Assembly (NCBI GenBank): GCA_963677495.2 | Contig: CAXXOU010000002.1 | Location: forward strand, 256,001 to 320,000 | Direction of reading: 5' to 3' | Length of the DNA stretch: 64,000 nucleotides | Source of the DNA: Candidatus Cloacimonadales bacterium | GTDB taxonomy: Bacteria > Cloacimonadota > Cloacimonadia > Cloacimonadales > JAFGVF01 | Shown here: positions 9,272 to 17,276 of the stretch, piece after piece | Layout of the letters: each line of letters starts with the position of its first letter | How positions within the stretch are numbered: the stretch's first letter is position 1 | Notes under the pieces: generated by a model | Databases searched by the model: none | Seen by the model: only the letters and a program-made list of their open reading frames with translations | Told to the model about the DNA's origin: nothing | Position numbers and translations under genes: made by a program

Positions 9272-9808
9272 ATGTATAAAGAGTATAAGCATAATCCCCC
9301 GCACCTTTTTCTTGCAGACACAAAATACTTTATCACAACTTCAACCTTAGGAAGGTATAAATATCTTGGAACTAAAGAAGCCAAAGATGCTATTTTGCAT
9401 TATCTCGTGAAAACAATCAACCACTTCAATTGGATATTAGAAGATTGGGTCATTTTAGATAATCATCTACACTTAATGATGACAGCTCCAGAGGACGCTA
9501 CTAATCTTCCAGAATTAATGCATAACATCACTCGATTTTCTGCCAATTGGCTTTCTAAACATGGTGTCAAAAAGATAGAAAGACAATATTTCCATAACTA
9601 TTGGGATACCTGTATAACATACGAAAGGTCATATTATTGTCGTCTAAACTATATTTGGAATAACCCTGTAAAACATGGATATGTTGAATACCCGGAAGAT
9701 TGGGAGTATGGGAGTTATTTCTACAGAATAAGAGAACTTGAAAACGACACTCATAAGATAATGAACAACTATCCCATTGACAGAATTCATGTTGAAGATG
9801 ACTTTTAA
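9272..9808 (+). mobile_element. REP-associated tyrosine transposase (RAYT/TnpA-REP, HUH Y1 family)
   Basis: YFIT, WVILDNHLHL (HUH), YWDTCI, NYIWNNPVKHGYVEYPEDWEYGSY (catalytic Tyr and NPVK motif). Flanked by palindromic repeats on both sides. Confidence 0.88.
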
Positions 9809-9809
9809 A

Positions 9810-9936
9810 TATGGAATTAACCGACTGCGTCGGTTTGTCTTGTCACACATAGTTTAGTGGCATATTTTTATTTAGTTGATGCTCTCAAAGTCGCGTGGCA
9901 GTTGCATTTACATAGTATATGCAGTCCAAAGGAATA
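9810..9936 (+). repeat. REPIN-like unit downstream of RAYT
   Basis: TATGGAATTAACCGACTGCGTCGGTTTG...GTTGCATTTACATAGTATATGCAGTCCAAAGGAATA. Confidence 0.95.
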
Positions 9937-9949
9937 GAAGGAAACGAAC

Positions 9950-10603
9950 ATGAAACCATTAATACTTTTCGATGTGAACGGAACATTGATTAAGAGAGAT
10001 AGCAGAACTGATCTGCCATATGAATATGCAGTAAACGAGCTTTTAAGTATCGAGAATAGCCTTGAGGGTGTTAATACTTCAGCAAGATCAGATGTAGATG
10101 TCCTCATGGAAATACTTGAAAAGCGAGGGTTGGAATATACAGATAAGCTTTGGAATAAGTTCATGACATTATATATGAAACAGCTCGAAGCATACAAATC
10201 CACCGATGTCTGGAGAGAGAATAGCACAGCGGTTGAGTTTGTTACAAAGCTTGCGGATGCTGGTTACCCCTTAGCGTTAATAACCGGAGAGCTGAGTATT
10301 GGTGCAAAATATAAGCTTACAAAACTAGGAGTTTGGCAGTATTTCCCTACAGGTGGTTTCGGTGAAGATGGGCTCAAACGCTTTGAAATTGCTGATAAAG
10401 CTGTAGATAATTCAATCAAGCATTTCGGTCATGAATTTGAGAATATCTTCCTCATCGGTGATACTATTCTTGATATAAAGACAGCAAGACACCTTGGAGC
10501 TAAAGTAATCTCCATTACTACCGGCTCAAATACACGTGAAGAGCTTGCTGAGTGCAATCCAGATTATCTAATAGATGACTTTCAAGAATTAGACCTATTT
10601 TAA
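9950..10603 (+). CDS. HAD-superfamily hydrolase (phosphoglycolate phosphatase-like)
   Basis: Motif I LFDVNGTLI, motif II LITG, motif IV IGDTILDIKTA. Confidence 0.85.
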   Translation: MKPLILFDVNGTLIKRDSRTDLPYEYAVNELLSIENSLEGVNTSARSDVDVLMEILEKRGLEYTDKLWNKFMTLYMKQLEAYKSTDVWRENSTAVEFVTKLADAGYPLALITGELSIGAKYKLTKLGVWQYFPTGGFGEDGLKRFEIADKAVDNSIKHFGHEFENIFLIGDTILDIKTARHLGAKVISITTGSNTREELAECNPDYLIDDFQELDLF

Positions 10604-10693
10604 AACTTAATCCCATTTTCTCCACCTACAAGATGTTATATTTTCAACTTTTACCCTTATTCCCCCTCATTGCCCTGCAGTAATCCTTGAAAG

Positions 10694-10737
10694 ACCCCTG
10701 TGAAACCCTTGGGAAACACTTGGGTAACCCTTGGGTT
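10694..10737. repeat. Four degenerate tandem 11-mers
   Basis: ACCCCTGTGAA ACCCTTGGGAA ACACTTGGGTA ACCCTTGGGTT. Confidence 0.7.
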
Positions 10738-10911
10738 AAATACCAGGGAGTAAACAATTTATTAATAATTTAGAATTTAGTTGAAGGCATTTGTTACTGC
10801 TGAGAGAAGAGAGGGAATGAGAGAGTACTGTTTAGGATTGGAGTGATTATATCCTTTTTAGTGGACTATTGATATTCTATAAGTTAGTTGGAATAAGTGA
10901 TCTAAATTATA

Positions 10912-10944
10912 TTGACATATTAAGCATGCGCATGCTTTTATGGT
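10912..10944 (+). promoter_or_regulatory. Candidate promoter (-35 TTGACA) with a 16-bp perfect palindrome, possibly an operator
   Basis: TTGACA at 10912-10917 and AAGCATGCGCATGCTT at 10922-10937, just upstream of the phosphotransferase gene. Confidence 0.45.
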
Positions 10945-10961
10945 ATTAATTGGGAGTAAAA

Positions 10962-12023
10962 ATGCTACATAATTTCTATAACAAACTTATAGCGGGAGAT
11001 CTCACTTCTGAACATGAGTACTTACATAATAGGCTTTGTCTTAGTCAGAGGGACAAAATTGTTAATCTTGAAGTGAAGGAGACTATAAAGACAAATACTG
11101 CGAATCTGATCTTTCTTGACGTTGAGATACTAAAGCCTGAAAATGAGACGGTGCATGAAAAGCTTTTGCTAAAACATTTTAAAGCAAACGATTCTAACAG
11201 AAACTACTTAAACCATTGTATTAGAGAAATAGAGTTCTACAATCTGGAGAGGAAGACTCTTTCCTTGCCGGTTGCAACTTGCTATGATACATATGTCTCC
11301 GAAGATAAAAGTATGACTTGTCTTCTTTTAAAAGACCTATCAGCAGATTATAGTTCTGAGCTCAGATCTAAATGCCTATGTTATTGGCTAAGTGCAGCTA
11401 AGTGTTTAGCAGAGTTACATGGAAAATTCTGGAATAAGAGATATACAGCTGATGAGTTAGTGGAAGAGCAAGTATCTAAGAAAGTGCAAGAACATAGAAA
11501 TAATCTTGATTCTGCTTTTAAGAAGTTCGAGAAGTATGTAAAGAATCATTTAGATCACAGATTTTTAAGTATTTACTCTGATGTGCTAACAATTTCTAAT
11601 GATTTGATGAGAGAAAGACTTAGCAGATTGTCTGAAGAGGAAAACATTACATTAATACATGGAGACTCACATATCCATAACTTCTTGTTTAACAAGATTA
11701 ATCATAATGCATTACTAACAGATTTTCAGTTTTGGAACGAAGGTATAGGAGTAGCTGATTTAGCTCATTTAACAAGAGTATCATTTCCAAATGAATTTGG
11801 AGCTAAGGAGCATAAATTGATAGTCGAAACTTATCATGATTCACTATTGGAGCAAGGTGTTTCAGGTTATACATTTGAGCAATGCTGGAAGGATTACCAA
11901 AAACATGTTGCGTGCATGCTACTAATCCCAATGTGGCAATATACTATCTTCGGACTGGAGTTTGAGAAGTGGGGAAAGGATGTTAAAACTTTGATTAAAC
12001 ACTATATGGATGTGCTGGTGTAA
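10962..12023 (+). CDS. APH/choline-kinase/EcKinase-like phosphotransferase
   Basis: LLLK, REIEFY, LLLKDLS, LAELHGKFW, Brenner motif IHGDSHIHNFLF, LTDFQ. Confidence 0.85.
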   Translation: MLHNFYNKLIAGDLTSEHEYLHNRLCLSQRDKIVNLEVKETIKTNTANLIFLDVEILKPENETVHEKLLLKHFKANDSNRNYLNHCIREIEFYNLERKTLSLPVATCYDTYVSEDKSMTCLLLKDLSADYSSELRSKCLCYWLSAAKCLAELHGKFWNKRYTADELVEEQVSKKVQEHRNNLDSAFKKFEKYVKNHLDHRFLSIYSDVLTISNDLMRERLSRLSEEENITLIHGDSHIHNFLFNKINHNALLTDFQFWNEGIGVADLAHLTRVSFPNEFGAKEHKLIVETYHDSLLEQGVSGYTFEQCWKDYQKHVACMLLIPMWQYTIFGLEFEKWGKDVKTLIKHYMDVLV

Positions 12024-12025
12024 TT

Positions 12026-12586
12026 ATGAAGCTGATTGAAATGAGTTTACCGGAGTACAATATTGAATCAAAACCTGATTATGCAAAACTTGGTAATATT
12101 GTAGATAACGTAATTGCTCAGAACCTAGATGATGGGGAGTATATTCTTAGAGCAATAAGCTCATATGATCATGACGGTTTATCTCTTGATAACTTAGTAT
12201 CAAAGATTACTGAACTCGGAACAGATCATTATGATCCCAATCGAAAGCAAGTATGTCAAGCTGAGTTTGCTGATTATGATTTCGACATTCATGCCGGAAG
12301 ACTTAAAATTGAGAATGGAAAGGTTATTGTCCCAAAAGATAACATAGTAGATTCTGAATTTGGTGATATAATATATCATTTTTATGAGCATACCTTGCTT
12401 GATAGAGGTTATCCTCTAAGAATAGATGTTTTGATGATTTATGACTCCAAACTAGTTGTCCCAGCTACAAGAGTTCGGACAGATCTGCCTGATGTTAATC
12501 CCAACCTTAGTAATTGCCTATATAGGTTTGTTAATCCTGACAAGAAAAGGGATGCTTTAATTGCCGTAGTGAAAATATTGAAGTAA
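12026..12586 (+). CDS. Hypothetical protein
   Basis: 186-aa ORF starting 2 nt after the kinase stop. No motif recognised. Confidence 0.7.
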   Translation: MKLIEMSLPEYNIESKPDYAKLGNIVDNVIAQNLDDGEYILRAISSYDHDGLSLDNLVSKITELGTDHYDPNRKQVCQAEFADYDFDIHAGRLKIENGKVIVPKDNIVDSEFGDIIYHFYEHTLLDRGYPLRIDVLMIYDSKLVVPATRVRTDLPDVNPNLSNCLYRFVNPDKKRDALIAVVKILK

Positions 12587-12633
12587 GAAATGTTAGGACA
12601 ATTAGATGTGCTTTTTTCATCCTCAATTCTCTA

Positions 12634-12777
12634 TCACTGCACTATCATAATTCCCAATTGAAGGTACTCTGATTCAAGGGAGTCTCTTGGGCCTCACTGG
12701 GAAAAATAGACAAGTGACTGATTGGAAATGGACAGGATGTTCTAGGTTAAAGAACCATTATTATGATAGTGCAGTGA
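12634..12777. mobile_element. MITE-like element, copy 1
   Basis: Perfect 18-bp terminal IR TCACTGCACTATCATAAT / ATTATGATAGTGCAGTGA. The internal GGGAGTCTCTTGGGC...GACAAG is shared with 48082-48217. Confidence 0.65.
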
Positions 12778-12861
12778 AGATGAAAAGTGTGGGTGGTTTT
12801 TATATTGACAATATGGATAGGACAAAACTGATAAAATGAAATAACCTAAATGGAGATGATA

Positions 12862-13254
12862 ATGGAAGAACTTAACAAAGTAATGGAATCATTAACACTT
12901 GAATTTCTCGGTTCAGGTACATATAGAGTGTCACCGCAACAGTTCATTGCAGAAAAAGACGCAATATTTCTTGATATACGCACCAATGAAGAGATTGAAA
13001 CGATTAGTTTAAACCTTAAATACCACCAAACTGTACTAAGAATTCCTCTAAATGAGCTTCCTAAAAGGCTTGGTGAGATACCAAAGGATAAGATAGTAGG
13101 TCTGTTCTGCTCATCCGGCGTTAGAATTGCTATGGCATACCTTTATCTAAGAACTGCGGGGTTCGAGAATGTTTTGATGATTTCCGGTGGTCTTGATGCT
13201 ATTATCAGTGAACTAAAACCCGGTGGAGTGCTTAAGGCAGTTCAAACTTTGTAG
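12862..13254 (+). CDS. Rhodanese-like domain protein
   Basis: FLDIRTNEE, active loop FCSSGVR, GFENV...GG. Confidence 0.85.
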   Translation: MEELNKVMESLTLEFLGSGTYRVSPQQFIAEKDAIFLDIRTNEEIETISLNLKYHQTVLRIPLNELPKRLGEIPKDKIVGLFCSSGVRIAMAYLYLRTAGFENVLMISGGLDAIISELKPGGVLKAVQTL

Positions 13255-13267
13255 TCCAATTACCAAG

Positions 13268-13457
13268 CTCGCGTCCATGCGAACTTGTGAGTACGACGCC
13301 AAGCGAAGGCTGTCAGGTTCAACTTGAGTTAGTGGCCAATTTACGCATTTCCCCGAACTCACTATCGTTCGTAATGGTGACTGCTTCTGAATTAAGTTCG
13401 TACTGAACAATCAAGGGAGTCCGTTTTATATCGTAAACTCCCTTCTGACAAAATCCC
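13268..13457 (-). repeat. Mosaic intergenic repeat modules shared with 22228-22268, 27884, 30721-30850, 36821 and 63961
   Basis: 13369-13387 is the reverse complement of GAAGCAGTCACCATTACGA (27884, 30805). 13341-13360 matches the reverse complement of 30831-30850 at 19/20. Confidence 0.7.
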
Positions 13458-13471
13458 TTAATTGTTTTTAA

Positions 13472-14335
13472 TCACTCTGATAATGACTTTCTGTTATTGA
13501 ACCTAAAGATATAGATCGAAGTTATTATAATCAGCACTGAGCCGATTAGGCTCATAGTATCAGGAATCTCTTTCCAGATTGATAAACCAAGAATTGCAGC
13601 AAATACAATGTTAGTATAGTTATAGATTGAGACTTCTGAAGCTTTTGCGTATTTATAGGCATAGGTTAATCCAAACTGTCCGCCTGCTGCGAAGACTCCA
13701 ATTGCTATGAGAGATAAAAGCTCTAACCATGTAGGTTTAACAAATACAAAGAACATTGCAGGTAACAATGCAAGTACTGAAATCAATGAGAAGTAGAAAA
13801 CAATAGTCTTAGGTTTCTCTCCCTTTGTTCCAAGATATCTTACAGTTGTGTATGCAGCACCGGCACATATTGCTGAGAGAAAACCTGATAACGAAGGTAA
13901 AACCGATAAGTCAAACTTAGGCTTTATAATCAAAAGTGCAGAGAGGAACACTACAACCAATGCCACTACCTGCTGTTTGTATATCTTCTCGCTCAAGAAA
14001 AGAAAAGCAAACAAAGTGACAAAGAATGGGGATAGCTTGTTTAGCATTGCCGAGTCAGCGAGGTAAAGGTTGTTAATAGCGTAGAAATAGAGGAATACAC
14101 CTGTTAAACCTAATAATGATCGCAGGATAAGGAACTTCCGGTTCTCAGGATTCCCTTTAAAGCTACCGGATGCCTTTCTAAACATAAAGAATGTTACGAT
14201 TAAACTCACAAGATTTCGGAAGAATACCTTCTCTAGCACGGGAATCCCAGGAAGAAGCTTTACAAATACCGACATCAATGCAAAGGACAATGATGACAGC
14301 AGGATAAATATTACTGAACGTGATTTGTTTGTCAT
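13472..14335 (-). CDS. DMT/EamA-family transporter
   Basis: About 10 TM helices in two EamA repeats. Motifs FFRN, LSPFFVTLFAFLFLSEK, AYKYAKAS, WKEIPD. Confidence 0.92.
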   Translation of the reverse strand: MTNKSRSVIFILLSSLSFALMSVFVKLLPGIPVLEKVFFRNLVSLIVTFFMFRKASGSFKGNPENRKFLILRSLLGLTGVFLYFYAINNLYLADSAMLNKLSPFFVTLFAFLFLSEKIYKQQVVALVVVFLSALLIIKPKFDLSVLPSLSGFLSAICAGAAYTTVRYLGTKGEKPKTIVFYFSLISVLALLPAMFFVFVKPTWLELLSLIAIGVFAAGGQFGLTYAYKYAKASEVSIYNYTNIVFAAILGLSIWKEIPDTMSLIGSVLIIITSIYIFRFNNRKSLSE

Positions 14336-14436
14336 GGGAGTAGAGGATTGTAGGAAAGTGTTCCGGTCAACATCATTTTCATTGACACACTCATTTTAAT
14401 CTTTAAAACTCTAAACATATCTCCTAAGGAGGAACC

Positions 14437-15681
14437 ATGTTAGAGAATAGATTTAAAGAATGGGGTAACAACCCCTCGAAGCTGGAAGAAGTTTTCAGAA
14501 CTGATGAAAAAGCTTTTAAGAAGGATTTCTATGAGTATATAGATGGGGTGGAGGAGACAGATTTAATCCGCTATTGGAGAGCGAGACTTGAGTATAAGAA
14601 GCTCAAATCTGTTGTTAAGAAACCGATACCTCATCAAGTAATTTCTACACTTATCATTTGTGTTATTCTATATCTGCTTACAAAGATACCGGATATTATA
14701 GGAGTTCCCGATAAATCATTCTTTTTCGAGAAGAACCTTGCTTTAATTATTATATCAGGTTTACTACTGGTTGTATTTCATAAGAACAGGTCCAAAATAT
14801 TACCGGTGGCTCTTACAGGACTATTCATGGCAGGATGTGTCGTGTATATAAACACGATTCCTGAGTTAATGACAGAAAGTGTATCGCACCTGCTTAAGCT
14901 ACATCTTCCCTTCTTACTCTGGTTCGTTTGGTGCTTTAGTTATGAGGATTTTAGCCTGACTGACATTGATACAAGAAACAAGTTTATAAGGAATAATGGA
15001 AATATTGCGATAATTTCAATAGTTACATGTCTGGGACTTTTCGCCTTAGCCGGGCTCTCAATAGCACTCTTTTCACTTATTCAAATAGATATTGAGGAGT
15101 TCATGGAAGAGAATATCTTCATGTGGATAGTAGTCTCTTCACCAATTATTGCATTTGTTATCACTGAGAACTACCCTAATATAGCCGGTAAGATAGCCAC
15201 TATTATGGTAAGGGTGTTCAGTCCGATAACACTTACAACTCTTTTAATCTATTTAGCTCTACTTCCATTCTCCACTCACAATCTTTATGAAAACCGTGGT
15301 TCATTACTTGTCTTTAATCTGTCACTCTTCCTTGTACTTGCAATAATGGCATTTGGATTACTTGATACAGAAGGTTTAAAAAGCAGATTTTATAAGTATA
15401 TATACTTGTTTTTGGGAATCGTAGCGTTTGTGATAAATGTTGTAGCGTTATCAGCAATCTTCTATCGTGTTAATGAATATGGCCTTTCACCCAATAGATT
15501 GGCTGTATTAGGCTCAAACTTGGTTGTCTCAGTTCATCTTGCAATGTTGATATTAGCATTACACAAGTACAAACGCAATAAATGTGAACAGGAGTTTGTT
15601 TCAAGAACAGTTGGACTTTATCTGCCGGTATACGCTATTTGGCTGATGCTGGTACTTTCTATGTTCCCAATTCTGTTTTAA
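14437..15681 (+). CDS. Polytopic membrane protein (DUF4153-like)
   Basis: Many TM helices, RVNEYGLSPNRLAVLGSN, strong RBS AAGGAGG. Confidence 0.65.
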   Translation: MLENRFKEWGNNPSKLEEVFRTDEKAFKKDFYEYIDGVEETDLIRYWRARLEYKKLKSVVKKPIPHQVISTLIICVILYLLTKIPDIIGVPDKSFFFEKNLALIIISGLLLVVFHKNRSKILPVALTGLFMAGCVVYINTIPELMTESVSHLLKLHLPFLLWFVWCFSYEDFSLTDIDTRNKFIRNNGNIAIISIVTCLGLFALAGLSIALFSLIQIDIEEFMEENIFMWIVVSSPIIAFVITENYPNIAGKIATIMVRVFSPITLTTLLIYLALLPFSTHNLYENRGSLLVFNLSLFLVLAIMAFGLLDTEGLKSRFYKYIYLFLGIVAFVINVVALSAIFYRVNEYGLSPNRLAVLGSNLVVSVHLAMLILALHKYKRNKCEQEFVSRTVGLYLPVYAIWLMLVLSMFPILF

Positions 15682-15854
15682 TATGGAGTTAACCGACTGT
15701 GTCGGTTTGTCTTGTCACACTTAGTTTCGTGGTTTATCCTAGCTGATATATGCTATTTTACATCGCTTGGCAGTTGCATTTACATAGTATATGCAGTCCA
15801 GATGAATATGGAATTAACCGACTGTGTCGGTTTGTCTTGTCACACTTAGTTTAG
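15682..15854 (+). repeat. Dispersed RAYT-associated repeat (one full 125-bp unit plus a partial unit from 15807)
   Basis: TATGGAGTTAACCGACTGTGTCGGTTTG...TGCAGTCCA...TATGGAATTAACCGACTGTGTCGGTTTG. Confidence 0.92.
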
Positions 15855-16011
15855 CGAATCATCCGTGGTTAGAAGTCAATCAAATACTAAGCATTATAAA
15901 GTTTGTTTAGGAGCAACTAAGCTTGATAACATAAAGAAAATCGCAATTAGTGTTTGACATTTCGACCTCAATGTTCATTATATATATGTAGTTGATTAAT
16001 TGGAGGTGATT

Positions 16012-17112
16012 ATGCAGATTGACATACATTATTATGCAACATATGTGATTGCTCGCGTTGCAGGAATAAAAGCAGAACATGCACAAATCATAGCTTCAGC
16101 AGCTCAGTATGTTGATGATGGAGTCACTAAGGAGTTAAGAAAAGAGTTCGAAAACGGAGCTCAGATTTCACCAATAATTACAGCTCATCATGGAGATTCA
16201 GCCAAGAATCTAGATAGGCATGATCAGAGATATGTCTGGATTCCTTTTCATTTCTTACCCGGTGATATTGGGGATGAGCTTGAAGAGAGGCTAATATGCG
16301 TTAAAGATAGTACTATCGCATTGGAGATGGTTCACAACGCTTTAAGATGTCATTGGATGCATAATAGTGATTTTCTGATAGGAATAACTGCACATGTCTA
16401 TGCTGACACTTTTGCTCATACCGGATTCTCAGGTATAAGTTCATCTTTGAATAAGGTTAAGTACTCATCTCTCCAATTGAATATGAATGATAGACAAGAA
16501 CAAGAGCGAGTTGAAAATAAAACCAAAGCTTTTATCGAAAATACAGGAAACTTTCTTGTGAGATGTTTTCGAGCTATAGGTTCAACTCTAATTGAAGCTG
16601 CATCAGGAGCATTGGGGCATGGGGCTGTATATACACTTCCGGATAAACCTTTCCTCAATTGGGCTTTTTCATATGAAGAGAGTAGAAACCCACGTCTGGA
16701 TTTTAGTGTTAGAGATAATCAAACATTATTCTTAGAAGCATTGGAAGCCCTATTCGATATGTTCAGAGAATACGTAGAACTTAAGCCCGAGATTAAAGAT
16801 AACACAATAGACCTTGAATTCTGGCAGATAAGAGAACAGTTGAGGGATTGTTTAAAGGTAGAAGGAGACAAAGAAACAAGATCTGAATACTGGAAAACTA
16901 TCTTTAGAGATCACAAATTTTGCCGATGTTCTGAACATGTAATTCCTGAGTATCTTGGTCATACCTGGGAAGAGGAATTACGGAACATTGATCAATCAGA
17001 GATTATTAAAAGGGATACATTAGATATTCATAAGTTTTATTCAGCTGCATATTACCATCGTTCTTATATTTTAAATCAGTTACTTCCAAATCATGACATC
17101 ATCGTTACATAA
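16012..17112 (+). CDS. DUF6765-like protein (putative Zn-dependent phospholipase C/nuclease-type fold)
   Basis: MQIDIHYYATYVIAR, AQYVDD, WIPFHFLPG, GITAHVYADTFAH, LGHG. RBS GGAGG. Confidence 0.6.
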   Translation: MQIDIHYYATYVIARVAGIKAEHAQIIASAAQYVDDGVTKELRKEFENGAQISPIITAHHGDSAKNLDRHDQRYVWIPFHFLPGDIGDELEERLICVKDSTIALEMVHNALRCHWMHNSDFLIGITAHVYADTFAHTGFSGISSSLNKVKYSSLQLNMNDRQEQERVENKTKAFIENTGNFLVRCFRAIGSTLIEAASGALGHGAVYTLPDKPFLNWAFSYEESRNPRLDFSVRDNQTLFLEALEALFDMFREYVELKPEIKDNTIDLEFWQIREQLRDCLKVEGDKETRSEYWKTIFRDHKFCRCSEHVIPEYLGHTWEEELRNIDQSEIIKRDTLDIHKFYSAAYYHRSYILNQLLPNHDIIVT

Positions 17113-17276
17113 GGTCTAACAAATACATATAGTCTGAATACACATTAAAGCTTAACGTATAAACATAATATCTGTACGAATCTGTTATTGGAACGAATCT
17201 TTCATATTACAAATACGGTTAGTCTAATTGAGAAAATTGTTAATTGTAATTTACAGTTCTAGGAAGAGGTATTGAT

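Noticed and set aside
9272..9808. IS200/IS605 insertion sequence
   Set aside because: No tnpB is present, it is flanked by multiple REP-like units that are also dispersed elsewhere, and its motifs fit RAYT better. Not formally excluded without a phylogeny.
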